DNA of 64,000 nucleotides, taken from NCBI RefSeq assembly GCF_006345805.1, contig NC_043015.1, positions 8,680,001 to 8,744,000 of the forward strand, read 5' to 3'. The DNA is from Octopus sinensis. Lineage: Eukaryota. The notes under the pieces were generated by a model, which worked only from the letters and a program-made list of their open reading frames with translations, had not been told where the DNA came from and made no database searches. Positions 1 through 12,471 of this stretch are shown here, piece after piece; the stretch's first letter is position 1; each line of letters opens with the position of its first letter. The position numbers were made by a program, and so were the translations under genes.

Positions 1-204
1 AGAAACTGAATGACAAAATGGGTGTCGTAGAATGGTAGAGTATGTGTATGTTTTGTATTGTGATTGTAATCAATCCTGTGGTTTTCTTTAATACAATTAC
101 ACAACTTGTACCCAGGGTGCATACGAGGCTGAGATTAAAGGCGAATGAACCGGTGAGTTATTATGCAGCTGATGGGGAGCTCGATGATATATTAGAGTTA
201 CCAT

Positions 205-433
205 GGCGGCGAGCTGGCAGAACCGTTAGCACGCCGGGCGAAATGCGTAGCAGTATTTCGTCTGCAGCTACGTTCTGAGTTCAAATTCCGCCGAGGTCGA
301 CTTTGCCTTTCATCCTTTCGGGGTCGATAAATTAAGTACCAGTTACGTACTGGGGTCGATATAATCGACTTAATCCCTTTGTCTGTCCTTGTTTGTCTCC
401 TCTATGTTTAACACCTTCTGGGTAATAAAGAAA
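205..433 (+). mobile_element. tRNA-derived SINE, family A (central domain resembling the conserved Meta-type SINE domain)
   Basis: A-box-like TGGCAGAACCGTTAG and B-box-like GAGTTCAAATTCC, then GTCGACTTTGCCTTTCATCCTTTCGGGGTCGATAAATTAAGTACCAG; at least 6 further copies or fragments in this window. The Meta assignment is from recollection of the motif. Confidence 0.85.
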
Positions 434-540
434 CATATATTAGAGTTACTAGAACTGAAATACAGTGCTGTAAGGTATGTTTCTAAAATATTATAAACTC
501 GTTTTCGATTTCATAAAAGCTCACATATAATACTTGCATG

Positions 541-709
541 CATATATATATATATATATATATATGCTTCTGTGTGTGCGTGTGTGTGTGAGTGTGCGTG
601 TGTATGTTTGTGTGTATGTGCATGCACGCGTATGTGTATGTTAGTGTGTATTTTCATTTATACGTATGTTTCTCTATGCACGGGAATGTATGTGTACCTT
701 CCAATCTAC

Positions 710-741
<32 letters not shown>

Positions 742-772
742 TATATATATATATATAATATATATAATATAT

Positions 773-832
<60 letters not shown>

Positions 833-840
833 ATATATAT
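541..840. repeat. compound (TA)n/(TG)n/(TATC)n microsatellite
   Basis: Directly visible; representative of dozens of (TA)n arrays in the window. Confidence 0.95.
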
Positions 841-1010
841 AAATTGAGATAGGGGTTGTGAGTGTAACCCTCTATGGGATAACATATATCCAATATACTG
901 CCAGTAAAGCACCCAGAAATGATAATACATAAATGCTAAGAATTGCAATGCAATTAATTCATCTATTGTATTATATGGGTGAAGGTAAAATGTTTTACCT
1001 CAAATTCATA

Positions 1011-1186
1011 ATATAAAATAAGAAAATGGAGGAATATACTTTAATCAACCATCAACTACCAGATAATACCATTTCACATAATATATTAACCAACTATATA
1101 AGCACATGGTTAATAACTTATGTGAATTGGTATTATCTGGTAGTTGATGGTTGATTAAAGTATATCCTCCTTTTCTTATTTGTATA
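1011..1186. repeat. local inverted duplication (hairpin), ~80-bp arms, ~14-nt spacer
   Basis: AGAAAATGGAGGAATATACTTTAATCAACCATCAACTACCAGATAATACC... is mirrored by ...GGTATTATCTGGTAGTTGATGGTTGATTAAAGTATATCCTCCTTTTCT; about 90% identity by eye. Confidence 0.9.
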
Positions 1187-1240
1187 TATATATATATATA
1201 TATTATATATATTATATAATATATATATATATATATATAT

Positions 1241-1279
<39 letters not shown>

Positions 1280-1424
1280 TATATTTTACATATATGTCAC
1301 TCGTGGGTATTTTGTATATGTATGTGCATGTATATATATACATATGATTTTGATTTTGATTTTCCAGTTCAGCTAATGAGCTGTGCCCATGCTGGGGCAC
1401 CGCCATGCTGGGGCACCGCCATAT

Positions 1425-1475
<51 letters not shown>

Positions 1476-1484
1476 GATAAATAC

Positions 1485-2020
1485 ATATAAAAGAAATTAA
1501 ACAACAAGAATGGATTAGTTTTTCAGTACAATGCTTTCCTACGAAGAACAGCTTCATTAAAAGCTGCAAATATTGCAGCAAATACAAGTGGCCTGTATTC
1601 ATCAGCCAAAATACATATGAGTTTACCAAACATCCTAGGGAGTGAGGCTACACTCATGAAGTATCGAAGAGAGTTCTATAAAAAGCAAATTTAGATTGTA
1701 AGCAGTCTTCCAAAGTTCTCTGATGATGCACAGTTTCATAAAAGGTTTTAAAAAAGCTTGTTAGCTTCACAGAAAAGGTAAATCCATCCATAGTAACGTA
1801 GGTGTAATTTCCGTAGATATGAGGAGATATTTCATACTCAGAGACGATGAATTTATCCATAATAAAGTAGGTATAATTGCCTGATATATGAGGAGATGCC
1901 GATCACACTTCTGTTCATTTCACAAAACTACTATGTTGGAATCATAATGGCTTTTAGCTGTTCTTCGTATGAAATTGTACAGAAAAACTAATCTATTCTT
2001 GTTGCTATTTCTTGTTTATA
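1485..2020. repeat. segment bounded by ~65-bp diverged inverted repeats (MITE-like or old fold-back)
   Basis: ACAACAAGAATGGATTAGTTTTTCAGTACAAT..TACGAAGAACAGCT (1501-1553) vs AGCTGTTCTTCGTATGAAATTGTACAGAAAAACTAATCTATTCTTGTTG (1956-2004); internal ~50-bp direct repeat at about 1781 and 1850. Confidence 0.6.
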
Positions 2021-2149
2021 ATAACCCCACGTTGCTTTATTGTTAATACCATATAGATTTCTGGTGCATCTAAGTTAAGTACCGCATTCATGTGAATTAA
2101 TTGGAACTCACTTGAATCTTAATTGCTTTTACTGAAAATGATACATACA

Positions 2150-2215
<66 letters not shown>

Positions 2216-2244
2216 CATATATATATACATACATACATATATCT

Positions 2245-2545
2245 CTCTTACTCTTTTACTTGTTTCAGTCATTTGACTGCGGCCATGCTAGAGCACCGCC
2301 TTTAGCCGAGCAATGCTAGGGGGACAAACACAGACACACAAACATACACGCACACACACACATATATATATATATACATATATACGACGGGCTTCTTTCA
2401 GTTTCGTGTACCAAATCCACTCACAAGGTTTGGTCGGCCCGAGGCTATAGTAGAAGACACTTGCCCAAGGTGCCACACAGTGGGACTGAAACGGAACCAT
2501 GTGGTTGGTAAACATGCTACTTACCACACAGCCACTCCTGCGCCT
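2245..2545 (-). mobile_element. tRNA-derived CORE-type SINE, family B, with internal (TA)/(TG) microsatellite and a partly deleted tail
   Basis: Minus strand: tRNA-like head, CORE-like GGCACCTTGGGCAAGTGTCTTCTACTATAGCC, and tail GGCGGTGCTCTAGCATGGCCGCAGTCAAATGACTGAAACAAGTAAAAGAG. Confidence 0.85.
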
Positions 2546-2547
2546 GT

Positions 2548-2603
<56 letters not shown>

Positions 2604-3427
2604 ATATATATATTATATATAATATACTGCATATAAAAATGCCATGCATCCGTCTTAGAGTGGGAAAACATGTAAATGAAAGAAGATATATAAATGGTAT
2701 ACCTATATAAATGCTGTGTTTCGTATAGAAAACTAATCATGGTTAACTTCTTATTTGTTAAGAATATATCATTTGCGTTCATCTCCGTTTCGTCAGCTAG
2801 ATGCAATCCTGCCATATTGTTCCTGTTCGAGCATAAGTTTCTTTGTAAATATCTGATAATCTGTATTCTCTAATACGCTGACGTGTGTCACTGAAATCAT
2901 ATTGGATATCTGCGAAATATTTGTAAGGAACTTTTTGGGAGTAATACGTTCCGGCATACGCAGAAAATTAATTTCTGTAAAAGTGTTACATCGGAAGTTA
3001 CCTAATTTATTCTACATTCTAATCTTAGAATATGTGACCTCAGCAATGTTTGTTAAGTACACAATGTTTTGCCTTAAAACAGAATTCATGGTGTGTAAAT
3101 ATTACGTTTGCAGCAACATCAGGTCTCCAACTGGAATCTAAAAATATTCAATCACATGATATTTTTTTGGGTGGCATGCAGAGATATCTGTGTGAGAATA
3201 CAAACTGTTTGTTCCTTAGTTTTAATGACAACTTTTGTCCCCCGGAGGAAGAAAATGCATAAGAGAATTTTTCACTTACTTTTCATGCTTTTCATGAGTA
3301 AAAAGGCATATATGTGATCATAGAATTGAAGTAACTGTAGACTCGAAGTGGTGAGTCAAATTATGCTTTACATCCTCATTGGTAGCTTCTAGGCAATCAA
3401 AATAATCGCGCTATCTCTTACAAAACT

Positions 3428-3531
3428 TTTCTTCTTCTTCTTCTTCTTCTTCTTCTTCTTCTTCTTCTTCTTCTTCTTCTTCTTCTTCTTCTTCTTCTTC
3501 TTCTTCTTCTTCTTCTTCTCTTCTTCTTCTT

Positions 3532-3562
<31 letters not shown>

Positions 3563-3636
3563 TTATTATTATTATATTATTATTATGTATTATTATCATT
3601 ATTATTATTATTTTTATTTTTATTATTATTATTATT
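3428..3636. repeat. (CTT)n grading into (ATT)n microsatellite
   Basis: Directly visible. Confidence 0.95.
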
Positions 3637-4188
3637 GAGTGAGAGAGCAGTGCATGCCATCGAAGTGACACTGGGGTAAAATATACGAAGCCCAATATAC
3701 CCATCATTACTACCCGTCTGATAAAGGTACACCAGGCACATGCATCACAACCATATGTGCGCGACATGGTGATCTCATATCAATATAAACAGCACATGAC
3801 CTTGCAGGAGGGGCCCAGTTAGAATTTTCTTCAGGTTGAGTAGTCCATCCCACTCAAAAGGTCCCTGAATAAGGGTTGTTTAAGGATGTTGAAAGAACCA
3901 CCCATGTTTCCAGAGGGGAATTATTCAAACCCCAAAGAATCCCTCTCAACACATGGCTATGATGCTCCTCCACTAATTCTGCTCGTGATCAGAGATGCAC
4001 ATATTGTCAGCCACTAAGGGACAGGCTCAACTGGTTACGGTCAAACAACTGACAAGCAAATCTGTGGTATTGAGCAGAATATTGCTGTAGCCCATCTTTA
4101 TACCAAGACAAAACAATGTACATGATAAACTTCCAATCAGTTAAGATCAGAAGCCATGAGAGCCACTGCCATGGTAGTGCATCAGGGC
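3637..4188. mobile_element. ~550-bp interspersed element, copy 1, flanked by (ATT)n on both sides; probably non-autonomous
   Basis: Colinear, roughly 80% match to 47851-48387 over essentially its whole length; no ORF; no tRNA head recognised. Confidence 0.75.
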
Positions 4189-4207
4189 ATTATTATTATT
4201 ATTATTA

Positions 4208-4241
<34 letters not shown>

Positions 4242-4435
4242 GATTATTATTATTATCATTATTATTATTATTATTATTATTATATTATATTATTATTATT
4301 ATATTATTAGTATTATTTGTTTATTATTATTACTATCATTATTATTATTATTAGTATTATTATTACAATTATTATTATTATTATTATATTATTATTATAT
4401 CATTATTATTATTATTATTATTATATTAGTATTAT
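4189..4435. repeat. (ATT)n microsatellite
   Basis: Directly visible. Confidence 0.95.
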
Positions 4436-4573
4436 TCCCGACTATATTTTAACATTTCCTACATTTTTCCTTTTCGTCTCTTCTTGATTTTATTTCATCA
4501 GTGTTTTGGTTATTGCACAGGATGGTGTGATTTTATATTATCATTATTATAAACATCTGTTTTCTCAATGTTC

Positions 4574-4628
4574 CATACTCTTTTACTTGTTTCAGTCATT
4601 TGACTGTGGCCATGCTGGAGCACCGCCT
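4574..4628 (-). mobile_element. SINE family B 3' tail fragment
   Basis: TACTCTTTTACTTGTTTCAGTCATTTGACTGTGGCCATGCTGGAGCACCGCC matches the family B tail. Confidence 0.8.
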
Positions 4629-5220
4629 ACATACATGAGCTGTAATTTTTTTTCTATTTTGTCTTTATTACTTTTGTTTCCTTAAATATCACAATTAACA
4701 TGATGTACCAAAATACCCCAGAGATTTCCATTGTATGAATACCTACTGTGATGATAGCTCAAGCACAAATGTCTTTCCATTTTCCAATATTCCCGAGGGT
4801 ACAAGTAAACAATTTTCTGACTTTCACTTCCATTACATGACCTCGCGCTACACGGTTTTTGTCTGTAGGAAGAATTTTTATATTATGCTATGGATCGTAA
4901 TAATCTTATTAGCATCCAGCCTTGATGCTAAACAGCATAGTATATTTTATTTAGAGGCGACACTAATTGAAATGAGCCTTAGTGCTTGCATTCGTAGTTT
5001 TTATCAAATGTTCTGCAAGTTTTCTGCCTATGTTTTTATGACCTGTGTTGTACTATTTCCAAACTAACTTTTTCTCCAATGTGTAATATGATCTGCATTT
5101 TTTCTCTCTGATTATATATACATTGAGAATAATAGTTAAAGCGCTGAAAATATTTTTACATGCTCAACTAATATTTAGGGCATTACCTTATCATCCAATA
5201 ATATAATTCCAATCCTCCTG

Positions 5221-5760
5221 AAGCATGAACTTGAAGGCCTATCTACATAATTTGAAAGCAGTTAGTGATACCATTGAGGTGGAGTTTGGTCTTCATAAGT
5301 GTGCCAAGGTCACTTTCCAGAAGGGAAATTGAGAACCTCAAAATCAGTCGTGTTAGATACTGATACAGTCATAAAGAAATTGAGCAGGATAAACCTATAA
5401 ATGGCCTGGGATAATTGAAGGTTCTGGAATTCATCATGCGAGTATGAAAAAAAGATTATGAAGGAATGTTATAGTAGACTTCTAACATTTCTGGAAAGAA
5501 GCTAAAAGTACATAACAATGTTAGCAGTTCCAGTTGTTATTTATAACTTCAATGTGTTGAGTAAGAATATCAATGAAATATAGATGATTCACAAAAAATA
5601 TATAAGCTGCTGATTTGCAATATGATGCACAATCCAAAGGAAGGCGTAGATTTTCTTTAAATTGTCAGGGCCCATTGAGGTCGATACTTTATCTAGTTCG
5701 AGCTATATTGTAAAAACATCACAAATGGACTCACTAAATATCTTGAAAAATCTAACGACT
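5221..5760 (+). pseudogene. R4/Dong-clade non-LTR retrotransposon, RT C-terminal part, frameshifted
   Basis: Manual translation: AVSDTIEVEFGLHKCAKVTFQKG...DTDTVIK..YKWPGIIEGSGIHHASMKK..ECYSRL..AVPVVIYNFNVL, matching the R4/Dong pattern IGMEFGLDKCA/YKYLGI. Confidence 0.75.
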
Positions 5761-5868
5761 CGATGTAAGTCACGAAAATTTCAAAAGGTGTAAGCTACAT
5801 TCTGTCTTGGTATAGGGCACAACATTTTGTATTAAGTTCTATATTTAAGAGATGAGGATATATGTACA

Positions 5869-5989
5869 TTCTCTTTTGCTATTGTACTTGTTTCAGTTAT
5901 TTGACTGCGGCCATGCTGGAGCACTGCCTTTAGTCGAGTAAATCGCCCCGAAAACTTATTCTTTGTAAGACTAGTGCTTATACTATCGT
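5869..5989 (-). mobile_element. SINE family B 3' tail inserted within the Dong relic
   Basis: TACTTGTTTCAGTTATTTGACTGCGGCCATGCTGGAGCACTGCCTTTAGTCGAG... Confidence 0.8.
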
Positions 5990-6039
5990 AGAGTAGAAAT
6001 CAAGACATGAAAGACTTGTCAGTATTATAAAATCGAATA

Positions 6040-6275
6040 TGTTTACGGGTGCCCTAAGCAACATGTTCAGTTTGTAACTGTGGAAGAAAATGTAACGGCA
6101 GTTTGGGACTTTGCAGTACATACAGACAGATAATGTTGCAAAATCCGAAAATAATAATGTGGGTTTACTGATCGACGTGAGAATACCTTGTGATCATAAT
6201 ATCTATGCAAAAAAAATTACAAGTTCTGAAAATACAAAGATATCTTCATTGAAGTAGAAAATATGTTGTTAGAAA
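6040..6275 (+). pseudogene. R4/Dong restriction-like endonuclease (RLE) relic
   Basis: Translation with frameshifts: EENVTAVWDFAVHTDR...LLIDVRIPCDHNIYAK...KYKDIFIEVENM, matching the Dong pattern LWDF.I.TD...DV.IP.D.N...KY.DL..E. Confidence 0.7.
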
Positions 6276-7810
6276 AGTTGTTAGAATTCCAGTGATTGCA
6301 TGATAACTTTGAATGATCCACAAAGAAGTTAAAAATCCTCCGACAATATGGCAGAGATAGCCACTTGAGGGGTCACACCTACCGTTACAGAAACCGTAGT
6401 CAGATAGCTGAATGGTGATTGGATGGAATCTTTTATTCGAAGCTTTTGAATCAGTTAAAAATGTGCAGAATATTTACCTGATGAAATTGCTTTTGGAAGT
6501 AGCTGAACTAAGGTTATCGAAACGGTAGCTGGGATGACAATATGCTAAGCTAAGAAGTATTTGACATTTAGTTTATGTGATAGTTTGCATGCCGGGCATT
6601 TTGCAGACAACAGTCTACACAAAGTCTAGATTCATCTAATGTAATATGTATTTCTTCCGTAAGATTTCCCATTGCCATTACTCAAGTATTATGATTTGAC
6701 AGACACAATATTCAAATAATAATAAAGAAAGGAAAATCCAGTAGTAAATATGAAAGTTGTTGCTTATTTATACATCAGAAATTTCCTATAGAGAATGCGT
6801 ATGACAAATTCATTTACAAGCTGGAATAAAAATATACTGAATCTGGAATAATTATATACGGAAGGTGGAATAACAAGATGCTGAATATTTTCAGTAGACG
6901 TCCTAGTTCACCAAAACCAAATAAATGAAAGCAAAATTTTCATTAGGTGATAAATTATATGTATAAATCATAGTGTACATTAGTTTGTTACTGACTTAAA
7001 GTATAAAACTGGTTATAAAATGAGAACTAATTCTTTAATATATTCTGCAACGGTGAAAACATTCCGGAGATATACTTGAATTTTTCATGAAGTTTCAATT
7101 ATTTTCAAGTGATATGAAGTATATATCGCACAACGTGTGTTTAGCAGTATGGATCATATGTTTGCTATATACAGAAAATAATGATGTAAAATGAGAAAAT
7201 ATATTATTTAACACAACCTATCTTTTACATGCTCAATAAATAGTCTGACCTATTGATGAAAAATTGGAAGTACGTGTTTTCAACTAACCACATAAGGACT
7301 TCTTTTTCTTTTTGCAGTTTTATAATAAATCAGATTTCTACATAAATAAGAAAGAAGTTTTTCAAATGATGAAGTCATGAGTGTGATACATAAATTCGAA
7401 TTGCTATCTCACGAGAAATGAAGACAGAAAATAAACGGATTTAAATTATATTAAAAATCACTACAGTTATTTTATATGACTTTAAATCAAAAGATTTCAA
7501 GAACAGAAAATTTTGGATTCGAACCGCCTGGGAAAATACACATTTTACGATAACTTTTTCTGCGAGCGAAATATTATTATATTTTGCAGAAATAAACTTA
7601 AATAAAAAGCACTGGAGATGGCAAACTGATCAAACACGCACACTCACATGTACATACTAGCACAAACAGACAGACACACACACACTCACAATCACACACA
7701 CACATATATTTAAACATACTTCTAAACAGATATCTACTTCTCCACCTCTCTATGGACATGGGTCTATATGCGTGTTTATGTATGTGTGCATAAAGAAATA
7801 TGTACACAAA

Positions 7811-7861
<51 letters not shown>

Positions 7862-8217
7862 GGGGGGGGGAGAGAAGAGCGAGGCGTGTATATGTGTGTG
7901 AAAGTAATGAAATATATATTCCCATTTCTTGATACCATGATATATAAATATCAGTTGTGGCGTATGTTCATGCACGTACCGAAAAAAAGTTGTTCTGTAG
8001 ATATCGGTTGAAACTGCTTTAGTGTGTATTTTGTCTGCTGTATACAGACGGGTATTTATACATACGAATTTATTCTGTCTGTTTTCTGGTATCGTTTGGC
8101 TTACGAAAATTGGCGTATATATAAATTAGCGTTTGTTTCCACACATTTGTTGTTTAAGTGCGTTATGATATTTCATAATCACATAGCAATTATATATCCT
8201 TATAAATTTCTCATGCA

Positions 8218-8261
<44 letters not shown>

Positions 8262-9248
8262 ATATATTATATATATATATATATATATTCATATGTGTGT
8301 GTGTATGTATATATATATATATATAGATAGAAAGACAAATAAATGGATAGATACTCAGATAGATAGATAGAAAGAGGAAAATGTAAATAATCCCTAGCTA
8401 GTAAATGCAGCTCCTCACTATGAGAGCGGGGGACATATCAATTTTCAAAGGTAGGTCATCAGCTAAGAATTGAGTAACATTGCAATTGAATATAAATTAT
8501 AAAGACGTTTTAATTTAATAGAGATTAGAGGGTGAAAATCGATGGCTAAATTAATGAATGCCGTATAAAATTGTTTTATATGAAATGAATGCTTAATGAT
8601 GTTGATGTGAGGGAAATTTGGGAAAAAATAAACTGTCAACGTATAAAGTCTTCAAATGCAGAAGTATTAATATATAGCACAAGTGGAAAGAACAATTGTT
8701 AATGATTGACTGGCAGCGAAGAATTTGAATATACGAAGCTTGTTCGGAGAAGAATATTGAACAATGAACATGTGGCAGTGAAAAATATGAATTTAGGTCA
8801 GTAAAACCATGGATTATGAATGACTTTATAAAATAAATGAAAGAAAAGGACAATAAAAGTACAAGGAGGACAAAGTAAGTCAGAGAGGGTGAAGTGAGAT
8901 TAGCTATAATAGAAAACATGTTTCATTACAGTACATTGTAATCATATACGAGAATGTTGAAGTAAATTTAAACGATTTGTATAGAGATGTTACAACAGAG
9001 CGGAATACACTAAATCTATGTATTAGTTCTGAAATTTAGCAAGGAAATGGCACTTGAAAATGTATATTTTGTGTATTACTGCAGTACTAGTTATGATTAA
9101 AGAAACTAGTATACTTTGATAAATATATTTGCTTGACCCAAACTAAATTATTAGATATCATGAAATTAGTGAATGGCTGCTTGACTGTTAGGATCAGTTT
9201 TGCGACAAGACTGCGATTGTGGGGCAGCCATCCGTTTCCTGACCATTC

Positions 9249-9683
9249 TTAGACATTCCGTGTGGTAGATCTGGTCTTGTCTATAGCAACAAACACAATT
9301 TGCGACCTGTTGTATGACGTGTGATCGCCTTCTTCTGCAGCTGCCTGGTTATGAACCCTTTGCTGCAACTCATCTTGAGCGAGCACCTGTTTGACCGCCG
9401 TCTTTAAGTAAGTATGCGCCATTTCTGTACAATAAAGAAACGGTGTGTAGGGAAGCAGGAGTTTCAGATTGATCTCTGTGTGGGCGTCAACTGGGACCTC
9501 AGCACAAACGTGTGGACGTGCGTTGTCATACACCAGGCAAATCATTCGCTTGGAAAATATCGGCACATGTTCGAACACTTCCAAGCAAGTGCTTCTCGAA
9601 ATAGTTTCGTAGAAAGGTATCATTCGCAATGGAGTAGTGAACCATCTGGATGCGTTTGGGTTCAATTTTGATAATATGCTCAT
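9249..9683 (-). pseudogene. IS630/Tc1-like DDE transposase C-terminal relic
   Basis: ORF contains CLVYDNARPH (second catalytic D) and LLLPYTPFLYCTEMAHTYLK, a decayed LPPYSPFLNPIE...LK motif. Confidence 0.65.
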
Positions 9684-10157
9684 CTGTAGTTAATAACAAA
9701 ATAAAAAGAAGAGAAGATTAAAAAATAGAAGTGAATAAAGGAAGCTGCACGTGTAATACGTAACATAGAAGCAGCGCTTCGGATATACCAGCACACACGA
9801 GATTGGGACGTGGCCTACCTCACACACTTCTCAGGACCACTAGTGAGACGCTTCCACAAAATAAGAAAGAAAAGCCGTTAGAAAACCGAATATAACAGCG
9901 ACTCTAAGAATATCTGTAGAAGGAATATTATTCCGAAATATCATATCAGACTGGGGATGACTAAATTACAACCGGTATATAGCCCATTGTCTATATTATA
10001 GTGCATTGCTGTGTCATTCAAAACTATTTTATTCTTTACAAGCAATACACGATGATTCAAGCGAACTGAGCGTCAAATAATACTTTAATTGTTCACGTCC
10101 TCGCGTTGCTGTGTTTTTCTGTGTTTCTTGTTTGGATTAACTATATATATACATACA

Positions 10158-10292
<135 letters not shown>

Positions 10293-10701
10293 TAATGCAT
10301 AACCTTGATTCCGAAACAATACATTACTTTGGTTCCCGGAGGGTGAATATGTATGAGTGTGTATCGATATGTATATGTGTGTACATTGATTCTGCGTTAA
10401 TCACAATTATTTTGTTAATGAATCCATCGCATTTTCCGTATGTATCATTTGTATTTCAGTAGTAATGAGAACAAGTGTTTGAAATTTTCATGGCGTCTGT
10501 GTACCGTTTTATTTCAAATATCGGATTGGTATTCGTGCAGGCGTCTCTGTGGGGCTTCCCAACCAAGTGTGTAACATTCGCTTGTGAAACATAGTTGTAA
10601 ATTCGTGCATGATATTTTGTGTAGATTTGTTAGCATGTTTACGAAACGCTGCTAAAGTTTGTTCCGAATACAACTATAGTGATATTTAGGTGACAGTGAT
10701 A

Positions 10702-11097
10702 TCTTTATATATAAAAGTGAAGTTGTGAGTCTGTCTCCTACGATTTAGATTCCTAACTACTCCCACATTTTGCGGTGCAGTTTAGCCAAAATCGGGTATC
10801 TTATAGTCGTGATTCATATCGAGCCCTTCTGGGTATTAACGCGCGTCTACGATGAGTCTACGATTTAAAAAGAAAATTACCATCATTTTTCTTCCATTTT
10901 AATGCATTTTTTCGCTATTATATAAGGGAGGTCACACTCTAAAAATGTCTACGAAGAGTGAACTATTTAAAAAAAATTACCATCATTTTTTTCCCATTTT
11001 TAATGCATTTTTTGCTATATTTTGGCTATAACTCTCTAAAAATGCTTATATAGTTATTTCTCTTACAAACCCGAGCAAAGCCGGGCGATACTGCTAG
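10702..11097 (+). mobile_element. non-autonomous Helitron
   Basis: 5' A^TCTTTATATATAAAA and 3' CTAG^T, i.e. inserted into an AT dinucleotide; subterminal GC hairpin CCCGAGCAAAGCCGGG ~8 nt before CTAG; internal ~45-bp tandem duplication. Confidence 0.85.
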
Positions 11098-11709
11098 TGA
11101 TTGATATAATATTTTGCTTTGATAGTCTGGAGTGGATAATGCGTTAATAGAAAATGCCTATTCGGATAGGTTGTGTGTAGCAGTGTGCTTTTCAAGTGTT
11201 ATAATATGGTTGAAATATTGTAATTTAACGTGTTCTATGTAAGATGTGAATGTTTCTTCCCCAATATATCCTATATTTACTGGCTAAATCTATATATTGG
11301 AATTCTCTCTCGCATCTATTTTCTCTGTCATTATGATGGTTTTATCAGTAATACAGTCATATGCAGGTACATTTTCCTCACTACGAATATGTGTTATTTC
11401 TTACAATTTCACTAGCTTCTATCATTTTCAAAATATAGCCTGACATGGTAATGTCAAATTTCTACTCCAGTTCCTACTGTAGGAGTTAATTGTACAGAGT
11501 GCAGTGTTCATGAAATTTAAACTCGTAGTATGATGTTAAGTTAAATTTCTCTTGTTATTCAAGATGTTTAACTGTATGCCTTGAAGGCAATGATAGTTAA
11601 CTCTTGAATTGTTTCAAAGTAATATTTGTCATATTTTAGTGAAATCGAATATGAATATGGTTAGCTAATGGAAACTACTCTTGATCTGTTTCCTTTGGTT
11701 GTTGAATGA

Positions 11710-12320
11710 ATTTGTGATAGTTTGCGAGACTATTGGAACTAGACGGCGATCCATCAGTGACGACACAGAATGTCGTCGTCTGGCCGCCAACAACCTACGT
11801 CGCCGTCGTCCTGCTCGTCGTCTGCCCTCTACGCCCACCACTGCAGGCAACACTACAGGGGGCTACAAAGCACCCTCATTTGCAACATCAACAATAGAGG
11901 CCGATAGTCTTCTCTGAGGAGAGCGGATACTGTGTTTCAACCTCGGATGGCAGAGTGAGGATGTGGCGTAGGATTGGGTGAACACTACAGAGACACATGT
12001 GAAATGGAGAGAGACGCGTGGAGTGGACAAACATCATAGTTTGGGGTGCTATGGGCTTGAATCAGAGAATTGGGCTCCATGTGTTCCAACATGTTGGTGC
12101 AGGCGGAGGGAATAGCATCACGGCGCAACGCTACGTTGACCGGATCATAAAACCTCACATCGTGCCCTTCTTCGCGCTTCCCCATAGCCACATATTTCAG
12201 CAGGACAATAGTCCCTCACACATAGTCAGGGTCACTATGGACGTCCTTTGTCAACACATCAGAAACATGCCGTTGCCGGCTCTCAGCCCTGATTTGAGAC
12301 CAATTGAACAACTAGATGGT
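11710..12320 (+). pseudogene. Tc1-family transposase relic, frameshifted
   Basis: RETIGTRRRSISDDT.RRRLAANNL..RRP (HTH_Tnp_Tc3_2-like); IVFSEESGY; IIVWGAMG; FQQDNSPSH; PALSPDLRPIEQL (SPDLNPIE motif). No TIRs found. Confidence 0.85.
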
Positions 12321-12413
12321 CGCAGGCCCGACAACTCCTGTGCAACTGGAGGCAGCTTACCTCGAGAAGTAAGCGCAGGTACCAATGGCTTTTGTGATCC
12401 GCATCACAAAACT

Positions 12414-12471
12414 GTCATACATCATCTGTACATGTAGTGCAAGTACACTCCATGTACAGATGATGTATGAC
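12414..12471. repeat. hairpin with 21-bp perfect arms at the end of the Tc1 relic
   Basis: GTCATACATCATCTGTACATG ... CATGTACAGATGATGTATGAC. Confidence 0.9.

Noticed and set aside
205-290. tRNA gene calls for SINE heads (also 31519-31585 and others)
   Set aside because: A/B boxes are present, but there is no cloverleaf and each continues into a SINE body.
6478-6535. CTGATGA...GAAACGGTA match; also a strong minus-strand donor CAG|GTAAAT at about 6477
   Set aside because: No proper stem I or II; the 51-nt candidate exon has no recognisable peptide.
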